Shown one piece after another: positions 1 to 13,510 of a DNA stretch of 64,000 nucleotides. The stretch comes from Lama glama (lineage: Eukaryota): assembly GCA_028534125.1 (NCBI GenBank), contig CM052816.1:42038001-42102000 (forward strand), read 5' to 3'. Within the stretch, counting starts at the first letter, position 1. The number at the start of each line of letters is the position of its first letter. The translations under genes and the position numbers were made by a program. Below the pieces are notes generated by a model, which was not told the origin of the DNA, did not search any database, and saw only the letters and a program-made list of their open reading frames with translations.

Positions 1-1774
1 GGGCTACTTATTTAATTCTTTTATACATAAAATTGGTTTAAAATATCATCTAAGTCATAAATATTGCTAAGATCCAATGACATATTTTTATAAAGTGAAT
101 GTCACTGTGTAGAGCAAAGGACATAATAATTTCTACCTTAAACTCATACATTATGTACAAAGAACTGATAAACATGAAAATAATTAGATCAACACCTGAA
201 GTACTTTTTTAAACACTTTATTGTATATCCTTACACGCTTTCCCTATATCAATATAAACTGATATACATCTATTTATATTACAATGCATTATGAATAACT
301 TACCATGCAAATAAAGATTATTTTTAGTAAGCATACATTCCAAGTATTTTTTCCAAGTTTATTTTTGAACATTGAGGTTGGTTCAATGTATAATTAAAAT
401 ACTTCAAATTGTCACATAACTTTTAAAATAAGTATAATGACACTGTATCATGTACCTGTTGACATTAGATGAATATATATTTTAATACAATTACTGAGCT
501 TACAAAAAAACAGAAAAATCCTTGTTTCTTTATTTATATTACTTACTAAAAGGGCCTTTGTTATGTTTTCACGTTTTCCTAAAACAAACTCTGAGCTGAA
601 TCTTGATGTTAACAGTTAATTCTTGATCCTTTCTAGGACCTGAACTTTGAGTAATTACATTAAAAGAGGCATCAGCAATACTAAATAACCCTGATTATAC
701 TAAATGGGAGATGAATGATTAAAAGCCTGCACGAAGCATTAATTTACTACCTAATTTTCACATAATACCAATTGACTATTCTATTTATTTTTCCCCTTTG
801 GGTAAATTTATTTTGAATGAAATAAAAATTACAGTGGGATGGTTTGCAAAGATCATAGAAGCGCTGTAATTCATCAAGGGGCCTAGTTGGACAGCCTTGT
901 CAAAATACTGTAGGAAATTTTTCATGACTGTAGCCAGTGTTGCAACATTTTTAACGACAGAAATCCATTATCACTTCTCTTCTGCCACCTGAAAAAAATC
1001 ATCCCACAGAATCTGATTTCCTCTTGGGGTGACATGACACTGCTCAGAAGGCAATGAAACATCCTTTTTCCAAAATATCGACTATCAAATGACAAAGTCT
1101 AAGCCTGAGTCATGTTGTTAGGTTTCTCAAGCCTGTTGTGTATTACTAAGGAAATGGGAAACTTAACTTTGATTCTTCTGTATTTAGACTTAGTTTTGTT
1201 TTGATTATACCAGTAGTAAAAACAAGATCAGCTGCAATTATATTCTAAGAAATATAACATGCCCTACAGATGCCATTCAAAATAATGTATGATACATATA
1301 ATTATATATAGTTTTTACATAAATATGTGGTTGTATAGTTATATGTAGGAAGGGTATAGCACTTGTTTTGTTGATATGTGTAAAGCCAATGAACTTAAGC
1401 CAATTGAAAGCTAGGATAATTATGGGGAAGATGCTTTTTTGTAACAGGAAGTTGGTGAGTTTCAATTTGGTAATAGCTATCATTTATTCAAGTCAGCAAG
1501 AATTTTTAAATTAATTCTGATAAAAACCTCTCTAAGGAGTAACTGAGACTAGGATTTGTTTTTTCTGGCGTACAAAGCTATTTAAGGATGACTTCCCTCA
1601 AAACTACTGTATTTCATACAGTTCTTCTAGAACTAGGCTCTTAAAAATAAATTTATCTAATGACACTCAATTACAAAGTTATACTTCTCTTTTTCTAGAA
1701 GAAAGCCTAATAAAAAGGACTTCATTTTATTAAAATGTTAGGATATTATCTGGCTATCATATAATATGGTGATT

Positions 1775-2150
1775 ATGGCAGAGACAGTCACTGCTTATTC
1801 TCTCTCCATGACAACCCCATATTTCACACATCTTTGGAGTTAGGCAAAGTCTTGAAACTAATTCTGGCCAATAGGTTGTGAGTGAAAGTAACAAGTGTCA
1901 CTTTTTGGATGAAACAATTAAGAGCCAGTGTATAGCTCCTTAACTCCTCTTTTCCTTTGTCATCAAAACCACTGAGGCCATGGAGAAGCTACAAGATACT
2001 GGAGTTTCTGACAACTTGCATCACTGAGCGACTGTGTAGACCAGGGATTCCCCTACCAGTTTACGCTGGATATATCCTGTGAGCCAGAAAGAACAAACCA
2101 TTTGTTGTAAGAAGTCACTGAGATTTTAGGATTGTTCTGTTACTGCAGCC
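1775..2150 (+). mobile_element. Old MaLR LTR remnant (MLT1H/J-like)
   Basis: ttctggccaataggttgtgagtgaaagtaac, tttgttgtaagaagtcactgagattttagg...gttactgcagc. Confidence 0.6.
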
Positions 2151-3306
2151 ATGATCTAAACTATCAAAATTAATTCAGTGAATTGAGCCAAAGAATGTAT
2201 GACACAGAGATCAAGTTTCCCTGATAGTTTAAATATAGTTTAAAAATGAGAAGAACAAAATAAAACAAAGATGTATTAATTATTAGCAAAATGGGAATAC
2301 TTTTCAAGAAAATTATGTGAATTGTCACTCCATATCCAAGAACTGAGCTGATTACCACTTTTAGAGCTGCAACCATGAATTAAGGTTTCCCCACCTGCAG
2401 AGCCACTGATTCAGGCAGCCTATGTGGGAGAGCAGATGCACTTGTGAGTCCAGGGAAAAGGTTTTCAAACTCAAGTCTGTATGACTGCTCTTCAGTTCTT
2501 TTCTATTCTGCTTCTCAAGTGGGAAGTGTTAGTGCTTGTCTCGTATGTGTCCATATGCTGTTAGGATTGCTCAAATAACTTGCTTTGGTTATGACTTTTC
2601 ACTACTCTTGAAGGAAAAAAAAGGCCTAAAAATGTGTATGTAGGGAGCTGCATTTTTTGCTGGCCATACGTTCTGCCCCTACATGTGGGCTTTTCTACAT
2701 AGAGATCACTAGGGCGTGAATGTATACAGTGAGTATTTAGGAAATGAAGGCCTGACACTGGCTGCTCATGTTAAGTTTTGGAGAAATTTGGCTTATCTGA
2801 CTCTAAAGCAGTATGTCTTGTTTAACTTCAAATTAATTATTCAGGTTGTCTTCACGATAGCATCTGACCCAAATTCAAATTTATAGAATATGCATTTCTG
2901 GTCTTAGATCTCTTGATATGAAAATAAGCATTCTTTATATTAACAATGATCTTCCTGGAAATTTCAGAAGTATTTGCCTACTTATTTGTGAATACAGTGA
3001 CTAGTCTTTGTGAAATTTGTGCAGCAGAGCACACGTGCTACCTTTCTCCTGCCCCAGCCTCTTCCACAGCTTTGTTTCATCTTTTCCAGGAAAAAAAAAA
3101 AAACATAACAACAATTACCTAAAAACATAACAACAATTACCTTCTGGTAGAAGGGGGATTTGGATAATAATTTCCCATTCCTGTAGTTTACATATTAAAG
3201 TCAGGTGTCTTCTTATATCCCAAGCAGGAACTTAATTGAATTATGTGTATGCAGCCAGCATTGTTTTAACTGTGATGTTAAAACAATCTTTAGGTTTCCT
3301 ACTACA

Positions 3307-3454
3307 TTTTTTTTCCCCATTTTTTAAATTGAAGTTTATTCAGTTTACAACGTTGTGTCAATTTCTGATGTACAGTACACTAGTTCAGTCATACATATAC
3401 ATACATATACTGTATAGCACAGGGAACTATATTCAATATCTTGTAATAACCTAC
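3307..3454 (-). mobile_element. Short L1 3'UTR insertion with 5' inversion
   Basis: About 3325-3409 is the reverse complement of the L1 3' terminus. About 3410-3454 is a forward copy of the adjacent upstream 3'UTR piece (cf. 27247-27290). Confidence 0.85.
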
Positions 3455-5737
3455 TATCTTTAAATTTTCTTCTACTCTTCCCTCTTTTAGATTTTAAGCA
3501 ATTGTAATAAAATGAACAATAATCCTCCACTTTTCCCTTCTTAATGATTTATATCTCTATCATTTTACGGGTAAAAGAAAATACAAAAATTTAAAAGTTC
3601 TAATAATTATTGAAATGTAAGGATAATTTATAGTAAGTGAAGTCATCCCCACACACACCAAGTCTCTGTACCACATTATCAGGGTTAACATCCCTGCTGT
3701 GCCTTTGCAGCTGATTGGCACTGGATGAGAAATATCTTTTTCCTGAGAATTGACCTCCTTAGATATTGCTTAAGGATCATCAGGTAGTGACACACTCCAG
3801 CTGTTGCTACTACTATTGTTGATCTAGTGAACCCTCTACCCTTACCCTCAGCTCTCTCCTGACCCAGCTCCCACCCCTCATCCCAGTCCAGGGAAGGGGA
3901 GGCTTGGGGATGTTCTCGTAGACTTTGATTCCTCCCATGACTTTCGGCAATTAAATCTTGTTCAGAGGAACTTATCCACAACTCTTCTTCCTCTATGTGG
4001 ACTTACCTGCTAAGGAAGATATGCCATGCTTCTAGTTGTTCAAATTCCTGTAAGCAGCTGCACTGTGAGGAAGTGGGAAAGCTGTATTACATACGGACAC
4101 CCAATTTAGAAATCTTTGAAGAATTGACAACTATTTTTACTTCTCAGTTCTTATAGCTATATAATTTGGAATGGAACCACCCGTTCTTGCTTTGTTTTCT
4201 CTCTCTTTCCCTCTGCGTCTGTCTCTTGTTTTTTAAATTTCTCCAGAGTAAACCTGAATCTGTTTCCCAAAAAGAGAGACAGTAGGAACAGGATCAAAGA
4301 AAGAACTGTAATAAGTGAAGATTGTGGATTTGGCAGAAGCCACTGAGTGTTCAGGGAATCAGATGTGTTTATTTGAAAATACTGGCAATACTGACATTCT
4401 GCACCTGTCATATATATCTTAGTGTTCAGTGAGCACTGAAGTCTAATTTAGGCAAGAAGAAGAGCAGCTGGTAAGGAAAGTATTAGTATTTGGAATTATG
4501 GAGATTAAAAAAAACACACTTTACATTTAACTGAAAAGAAAGGATTGCATGCACTGCAGGAATCCTGATTCTTTAAGGGGTATTTTTTTATCTGTGACTA
4601 TTTCCTATCAGGGCAGGAAAATTTCAGAGATTAGAGATACTCTCCCTTGATATTTCTTCAATTCTTAACAGGATCATGATGAGAAATAATGTGCAATATT
4701 TTACATATACCCACAGTGAATCCCTTTATACTTATCACATTATTAGGAACCGTATCAGGATCTCTGTTTGATTCTTTGATACTAGCAATCTACTTCTCCC
4801 TTGTCCACTCAAACAATGGAAAGTACATTTCCAAAATAAGTAAAATTGTATACAGCATATCACAATTTACATTAAAACACACACACACACACACAAATAT
4901 ATATATAACTCATTTAGACATTTAGATAATCTCAGAAATTAGCTGACTAACCTCAGAAGTTGTACCTTACTTAATAACATACAGGTGATAAATAAGCACA
5001 CAAGGTTCTGGACTGATTCCAAATTTCATGTGCTTTTCACAATGTATGTGGAGTGTATACCACAGACGATATAGTAATGCACACCTTCAGTGCTCCACAC
5101 CTGTGACAGATTTTTTGCCTGGATTTACTATTTGTGTTAGTGGACTTTCATACTTGGTCTTTAACTCTTGTTGTATCAGTAGGATGTCTTGTACATAGAT
5201 AATTGCTTAGGACTTGTTTTCTTAGTTTTTTGTTGCAGAATCTAGGCTATTCTTGTCTTAAGAGGTTCTCTGTAAGCCTTTGCTAGGCTGCAGACTTTGG
5301 CTGGTAAGAAGACACATCAGAATGAACAGAATTAACAGAAAAAATTCTTTTAATTCATAATCCTAATAATAATCTTTCCCTCTATTTTTAAATATTTTGG
5401 TAGAAAATATTTCAGGTATACAAAAAAGTATAGAGAATTCTATAATGAATTCTATAATGAATGCACTAACCACTCAGATTTTAAAATACACAGGATTTGG
5501 TTGTAGTTCTTTTAAATTTTTTGGTTTTGAGTTTGGAGAATAAAGCACTTTAGCAATTTATGCACTCCATTGTAATCCCTTCATATGCCTTCATATCTGC
5601 AGGTAGCCAAGACCCTGAAGTTGGCATGTATATATAACATGCTTTGTTTTTGTATAAATTTGCGTGTGTTTATCCATATATAATAAATAATTTCATGTAC
5701 TTAACCATCTTAGACAAAGGATATTTTGCTATCTGTA

Positions 5738-7262
5738 TTTTTCTTTTTTCATGATAGCTTTATTGAAATAATTCATATTCCACAAATGTCACCCTTTTAG
5801 AGTGTACAGTTAGGTGGTTTTTAGTATATTGTGCAAGTATCACCACTGTCTAACTTTAGAACATCTTCATCACCCCAAAAAGACATTTGGTATTAACTGC
5901 ATCACTTTCCATTCATCTGGAAGCAAATAATTTACTTTTGTATGTCTAATGATCTGCTTATTCTGGGCCTTTCATGTAATGGAATCATACAGTTTGTTTC
6001 TGGCTTCTTTCACTTAGCAGAGTTTTTTCCCAAAGTTTGACCATGCTGTAGAATCATCAATACTATATTCCTTTTTGTTGATGAATATTTCATTGTTTAT
6101 ATATAGAACATTATATTCAGTTTTTGGGCATTTGGGTTGTTTTCATTTTTGACTATTATGAATAATGCTTTTATGAAGATTCCTGTAAAAGTTTTTGTAC
6201 AAGCATGTTTTCAGTTATCTTGGGCATATACCTAGGAATGGAATTACAGGGCTGTAGGGTTACAATGTATAGCATTTTAAGGAGCTGCCCAACTGTTTTC
6301 CAAAATGTCTACAACATTTTACTATCCCAACAGCAGTGTATAAAGTTTCCGGTTTCATCACATCTTTACCAATACTTGTAACTGTCTATTTTTTTTTTTA
6401 ATTTTAATCATCACAATGCATTAGAGTGCTATCCCATAGTTCTGATTTGTATATCCCAAATGACAAATGATGTTGAGTGTCTTTTCATGTTCTTATTGGC
6501 TATCTTCAAAATTTTTTGGAGAAAGATAGTCTTAAATCCTGTGCCTGTTTTAAAATTCAGATATTTGTCTTTTTGTTGAGTTTGTAAGAGTTCTTTATAT
6601 ATTCTGAATAAAAGTCCCTTGTCAGATACATATTTGCAAATATGTTCTCCCCTTCTGTAGGCTGCCTTTTATTCTTGATGGTGTGATTTGAGGAACAAAA
6701 TTTTTAATTTTGATGAAGATCAACTTACTCAGTTTTTATTTTGTCACTACTTGAACTTTTGGCATCACACACAAGAGTTGCCTATTCAAGGTCATGGAAT
6801 TTACTTCCATATTATCTTCTGAAGTCTTATCATTTTAGCTCTTAAATTTAGGTTTTGGTCCATTTTGAGTTAATTTTTTATATGATATATGGTATAGATC
6901 CATTTTCACTCTTTTGCATGTGGCTATCTAATTATCCCAGCACCATTTCTTGAAAAGACTCTTGTTTCCTCATTGAATTGTCTTGGCACTCTTATTAAAA
7001 ATCAGTTGACCATGAATAGAAGGTTTATTTTTGGACCTTCAGTTCTATCCATTTATCTGTAGGTTTGTCTTTGGGCCAGTACCACATTGTTTTCATTACT
7101 GTAGTTTCATAGTGATTTTTGAAGTCAGGAAGTGTGTGTTTTCACACTTTATTCTTTATGCAGATTGTTTTGGATCCCTTAATATCTCCTATGAATTACA
7201 GGATTTGTTTTCCAATTTCTGCAAAAAGGCACCTTGGGATTTTGATAGTGATTCTGTTGAAT
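5738..7262 (-). mobile_element. Old L1 (L1MA/L1MB-like) 3' end and distal ORF2
   Basis: Typical antisense L1 text: gctttattgaaataattcata, ggcttctttcacttagca, gggcatatacctaggaatggaatt, cagcaccatttcttgaaaagact. Confidence 0.9.
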
Positions 7263-7624
7263 TTTTATCTTGAAACATTGCTGGATTTCTTCTTTTGTTA
7301 ATAGTTTGTGTGTGTGTGTGTATGTGTATGTATGTGCTCATCTTTTTTAAATGAATAACTATAAGAACTGTAAATTTATTCTAACATTGGCTTTTTGATA
7401 GCATCATCAATTTTAAGTTTATATGGCTTATGGTGTTTATAGTTTAACCTTCATGCCAAAAGTCTTGGTTATAGGAAATATTAGAGTTTAGTAGAAACTT
7501 AGCGGTTTTCTATAATACCCTTTTAGTCAAAAACAAGATACTCTGTTCCTGATTTACCAGTAGGGGACCATTCAATCAATATTCTCTTATACTCTATGAT
7601 TTATGGATTCAGTAACAATTTTTT

Positions 7625-7840
7625 AAATACCATTAGTCAGACACTATGCTAAATGTACTTTATATCCTATATATGGCAATTAATCTTCAGAACAACCTGA
7701 GTTCAGTATTTTCCTCCACATTTTATAATGACAGTGAAGCTGAAATGTACATATCAAGTTTCCAAGGTACTTGTACAGCTAGGCAGTAACAGAGCCAAGG
7801 TTGAAATTTGGGTCTGCCTAACTCCAAATATTTTGTTCTT
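7625..7840 (-). mobile_element. MIR SINE (within CR1/L3-like decay)
   Basis: cagacactatgctaaatg...taatcttcagaacaacctg...cagctaggcagtaacagagccaagg...gggtctgcctaactccaaa. Confidence 0.65.
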
Positions 7841-8740
7841 AATATTTAGAAAGACTTTACTTCTGTGAATTGAAATTTGTCTCTGTGAATTTTCCATCTG
7901 TTGGTCCTAATTCTGTGTTCTCAAGAATTACAGGATAAGTTTACTCCCTTTCGCACTACAGAGTTATTGAAATTTCTCCCATTTTTCTTCTAGACTAATT
8001 ATGAAGACTCTCTAGACCTTTTACAGTGTTGGACATCATATAGTATACATTTTTGTTTATCAATGGCATTAGAAGATAGCACTCCCTAAAATAAAGTAAT
8101 GTACTGTGCAGCCAAACATAATCTCGATGTGGACTGGTTATTAGTATACTGATAGATGACATACGTTCGCATAAGCTGGAAAAAAAATAGAATGTGTGCA
8201 GAGATGAAAAGCAATTTTAAATTCTTTGACATTGATTCTATAGAGAAAATGGAAAGCGTACTATTTTCCTTACCTGGAAAATATAAATTAAAATTAAATA
8301 TACCCTTTTCAAGTAGAATTTAATGAATACTTTACTAAGAAATTTACTTCTCTTTATTGTGTACCATAAATTTCTCTTGATACAACAAATGATGTATCCA
8401 TAATCTACTTATTAAACTCACATGTAAAAAGTTATGAATACTTAGGAGAGAAGATAAGACAAACTTAAAAATTAGAAATTAATATTTAAAATCATTTGTA
8501 TAACAAGTGCTTTTGGAAATGTCAATAATCTAAGGTATAATTTATTCAGTGATAAGTAGCAAGAAAAAAGTAAATGATTATAACCTGCCATACTGCTGTT
8601 TGTACCTCAAAGGAAATTTTCTTGTTGAAGCAGTCATTGGACCATTCATTTTGAGGGGATTTTCCCTAACGTTCTCCCTTACTAAAATAAAATTTAGAAC
8701 TTTGCGTCTGTGATACTATTTTAGTTAATTTTTTACTCTA

Positions 8741-9174
8741 TAATTTTAATTTGTCTCCTTCATCTATTTTTTCTGATTTTTCACCCCTAAAATCCACGTC
8801 TGCCTGTTCTGAAGCGAAGTACCAGTCTTTACATTCTATACTCAGAGTCATGTTTGCACCGATGGTCAATAGACGTTACTTCATGTACTCTGAAAGATCC
8901 GATGCCACAGGCTGCCTTGATCCCTGTGTTGGAAAAGTTCCTAGATTAAGCTCTAATGCACTGGGAAAGAGTTCTAGATGCGTATCTTTATCTCTCATAG
9001 GTAGGGCAGGGAAGTATGGAGGCATGCTTGTGAGATACTTAACATTCCTACTCTAATAGCTCATTGAATGCTTAGGGTAGAAACAGATCACTTCAAGCAT
9101 AATTACAAAATGTGATCTAAACTTAGCTCTCCAAACTTATTTGCTAAGTGCATCCCTCTTAATCCAAACTTCAG
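8741..9174 (-). pseudogene. Possible degraded endogenous Mononegavirales nucleoprotein-like fragment (speculative)
   Basis: 104-codon minus frame with one internal stop plus an upstream 23-codon block. Motif spacing resembles the paramyxo/filovirus N core by eye only. Confidence 0.25.
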
Positions 9175-10263
9175 TCAAATTGAAATTTTAAAAAAAAATG
9201 AGAAAACAAACAAGTAACTGACGAACCCCAGGTCCTGTCTACACTGTGTAGTTTTATATTCCTTAAACTCTCACTCAGCCCTATGTGATCCTTTGTTTGT
9301 TTCTTGTTATTTATCTCTCTTGTTTTCAAAACTGGCTTGTGTTTTTATTATTTTCAACATCTAACCTGCCTTTCCATATGTTTGGAGTATGTGTGAATGT
9401 AGATGCATGGTTGTGAGAGTGAAGGTGTGCATAGTCCACAATCATGGTTAAAAAAGCCACTGGCATTTCAGAAAATATATTTTTAACTGTTCTTTGTTAG
9501 GTGCTTTAAAATTCTCTCTTATGTATTATATGGTTAGTTGATTTTAGGTATATCCTCTAATTTATTCTACTTGAATAAACTTTTTGAAGTCAAGGGCTTT
9601 ACCTTATCCGTAATTGTGCAACGTGTAGTACTAAGTGCCATGCTTTATATGTAATGCCCAATAAGTTTTTGCTCATTTTTGTCTCTGGGAATGTGTAATA
9701 CAGTCTCCAGTATACTTTGTTATTTAGTTTTTTATTAAAAGTAATTAAAATGAAAGGTAAAGAAAACATTTTTTGTACATAGAAGAGAAATGGATTCAGC
9801 AAAAAAAGGATTTTCACACTGAAAGTGACTTTTAAAAGGCTTGAGTAATAAAAGTTCAAAAAATCCAGTTTACTTTTGTTTGTTAACTTTTTCTCTTTAC
9901 TGTTATATGGTAAGAAAGTAGATTATGCTGCACTGAAAAAGATGTGTTTGAATCTTAATAATAGAAGATATCCTGTGGTCTGTCATTCAAGTAACCCAAA
10001 ATTTCAGAAGATAGTATAATTGCAACATTTATAAACAATTAATTTTCTGTTTTGAGTAAGGGAACACTTTAAAAAATGAAACCATATCCAGAAGATAAAC
10101 AGACAAAAGCATAGTTGTCCTTGTTGAGCCAAAAGCTCCCACTTCTTGATTTCCTTCCTGTGTCTGTTGGCAGCACTCAAGATTCCTCAGAGTTCTAATC
10201 ACTGCTATTTACAAATGCTTATACTCAGGGTACATCCCAGACAGCACCATGCCAATGGAGTAT

Positions 10264-10763
10264 TGTGATGGGCACAATCATGGTTCTCCAAAGATGTCTG
10301 CATTTGAATCAATGGAACCTGTAAATATTTACTTTATATGGCAAAGGAGACTCTTTTTCAGGTGTGACTAAGTTAAGGATCTTGAGATAGAGTATCCTGG
10401 ATCATTTGTGTGCACCCATTATAATCACTAGTGCCCTATAAAGTAAAAGAGACAGGCAAGGATGTCAGAGTCAAGGAAAAAGTTGTGAGGGTGGAAGCAG
10501 AGGTTGGAGTGATACAGTTATGGCTTTGAATATGGAAGGGGCCATGGGCCAAGGACTGCTGGCAGCCTCTACAGGCAGCAAAAGGAAGGGAAATATTATC
10601 CCCTAGAGGCTAGGAAAGTATTACAGCCTTTCTAACACCTTGATTTTCACCTTCTAAGATTAATAGACTTCTGACCTCTAAAACTGAAAGGGAACACATT
10701 TTTGTTATTCTAAGCCACGAAGTTCATGGCAGTTTGTTACAGAAGCAATAGAACGCTAATACA
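10264..10763 (+). mobile_element. MaLR solo LTR (MLT1D-like)
   Basis: TG...CA termini. ccaaagatgtc, taagttaaggatcttgagat, gacttctgacctcta, tttgttacagaagcaatag. Flanks agtat/agtaa resemble a 5-bp TSD. Confidence 0.88.
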
Positions 10764-12984
10764 AGTAAGAAGCTAACAACAGGTGAATGGGTATAATCTG
10801 GTTTTTGGCTATAACCAACCAGTAGGATTTCTCAGATTAGTATACAAGCTAATTGTTTATTTCCTTTAAAACATAAAATTAAAACATAAAACATAAAATT
10901 ATTTATGGTTGTATCACAATTTAAAATATGCATAATGTAACACAAGGTTGAATGGAATTTAATACTTTATGCCCTTAAAGTTTTAAAATTGCTTTTACTT
11001 TGATTGTTTCATTTAATATATACAGACACACTAATAAGAGGCTCTTAGGTACTATTAACCAATTTGACCTTAATCAAAAATTTTTTTATCCTCAGGGGTA
11101 GATTGCAATAGAAAACCATCAATGCAGAGAATATACCATCTGCTGAATATACCCATCTCAATTTTGAAAACCTTCAACTTACTCAGAAAATTTTATTCTC
11201 TTAAAACTTGAACACCTTGTTACTAGTTTTATCCTTTGAGGCCACATAAAATATAGTTTGTGACTTACCTAAGTGAGGACTCTGAAGACAATCAGCCTGC
11301 TGTCTCTTGTTTCATTGTCCTCTTATTTCCAGTTTAAATCATAATGACAACTACTTTCTCTTTTTAACTCCAGTTTTTGACACTTTATCCATTTGTTCTT
11401 GATTCCAAATAATAATCATAATCATCCTGAAAATGAAAATTACAATAATAAGCTGTTCTGCTATCACTGTCATCATGTGGGCATAATTTATATCAACTAC
11501 AGAAGACAGCCTGAGAGGAATTAGTTGATTATGAGTTTCCTCATCCATCTTGGACTGCACTTTTCTCTCAGTTGTTTTCATTTAACTCTTTTTCATGTGA
11601 AATTTATTTTTAACAGAAATAACCATAGAAAAATATGACCTGAAGAATTCTGTTCCCTTTTTGCCACCCATCAACATTTTATAATTGACCCAAGCAGTGA
11701 CCCTGTGCTCTCTGATTTTATTTGAGGACAGATAGAATTTAAACTCATAGCAAATAAACAAATAAAATTCTTGGTCGAATAAAACGCTAAAACAAACAAA
11801 TGGAAAAATAGCACCATCAACACCACCAGAACATTTTATGATGTGTTTTGCTTTTATTTTATGGTATGCAGCAACTATGGATTCTAAGAAGCACTATTAT
11901 AGCTCCCTGAGACCTTCATATGGCTTCATGCTAATGAGATGAAGGTAGTAAGGAGTGTTTCCTTCACTTTATAAAGTCACAAGTTGGCTAACTGGCTGTC
12001 ATTCTTTAAGCCCAAGTCTAGTGATACTTCTTCCATAACATTTTTCTTGGTGGAATTCAAACTATGGTGCATCCACATTTAGCATTGGATTCCTTAGGAG
12101 CCCCATTTTGGTGTAATAATGTAAGTTACACAAGAAATATGTTTCTGATATAAATTTCAACTACTGTGAATCACTACTTAATATAACCTGTTTGTTTGCC
12201 TTTCTTACTCATTTGTCCTCATACTTGGAGATGTAAAGCATGACTGATAAAATGCATGCTTCAGCCCAGTAGGATTTCTTTAGACTACTTAAAAATGATC
12301 AGAGCTGTTAATTGCCATGCTGCTGACTTTAATCCCCTCTCAGAGAATCTTGTCTGTAATGTTTCCTGCTAATCTCATTCTTTGCACAGGCAAGAGCTAC
12401 TTTCTTTCCATTTGGCTTCTAAATATGCCAGTGTTCATTTAATTTATTTTCCTGTACTATTCAGCTTGGGTTTCCTACATCATTTCCATGACAAACAAGA
12501 GCGTTAATTTTTTTTTTTAAATAGAAAGAAATATCAAGTTACTTATCTTTCCTCATATGCTGTGAATTTTTTTCTTTTCTATTCAGAAAACACTACTTTG
12601 GTAATTATGCATCTATTACGCTCCAACAGATTTTCCCATCAATAAATTATCCAGATGGGATGAGTGTTCTTTTTTAAGTTTAGCTCTTTTTAAGATTCCT
12701 CTGCCTCTTACAGGATGAATGCTTTTTCTCTTTCTTCATATATCAAAACAATTATATGGGAAAAAAGTATTGTTGGTTATGTTATTTATAGCTAATCATT
12801 ATATTTATATATTATATTATTTTATATTCTGTTACTATTATATTCTGTTATTATTTTCTGCAGCCTCTAAAGACAAAATAATCTGAGGAATTTATTCCCA
12901 AGGGAAACATTCAGTTATGTGTCTTTAGGAAGATTGCATAAACTTTCTGGACTTCATTTGTTTCATTTATGTATTAACTCAAGA

Positions 12985-13510
12985 GTAATTTGTTGAGCCT
13001 TTCCTATGCACTATTAGATTGGAGACTTGAAGGTAAAAGTCACAGCCACCTTGAGGCACTTACATTCTAGTGAGAGATGGAGTGTGGAAGGTGTGAGAGT
13101 AGGTGGGTGAAACATCTCAGAGAAGAGAACATCTGGGCTAAGTTTTAAGGAATGAGTAGGAATTAGCTGAGTGAAAAGGACATGGAGGTTGGGGCAGATG
13201 GGTAGTCAGATAAAGGGGGTAGCTTAACTAAAGCTGTGAGTGAAAGAGCGAGCCATATATCTAGGGGAAAATAAGCAGTGAGAAATAACCAGACAAGGAA
13301 GTCTGAGGCAGGGAATACAGGGAGGAAAATTTAAGAGCGATAGCAATAAAATATTAGTGAGTGTGTATACCATGTTAAGCAGTTTGGAATTCATTTGGTA
13401 GGTGATATAGGGGGACTGTTAAAACGTTTTAAGCAGGGGTATCATAGGATTATATTTGTGTTTCAGACAGATTACTCTAAAATTACTGTAGTGAATGGAT
13501 TTGAGAAATC
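12985..13510 (-). mobile_element. L2 LINE remnant
   Basis: tttgttgagcc...cttacattctagtg, ttttaaggaatgagtaggaattagc, ttttaagcagggg. Confidence 0.65.

Noticed and set aside
8751..9056. 101-aa plus-strand ORF
   Set aside because: Starts at TTG, is Ser-rich and has no recognisable domain; more plausibly the antisense shadow of the minus frame, or chance.
9180..9310. Further N-protein-like words upstream (NKQRI, I*NYTV*TG)
   Set aside because: Many stops, and the DNA resembles a decayed MIR; too likely to be over-reading, so not counted as support.
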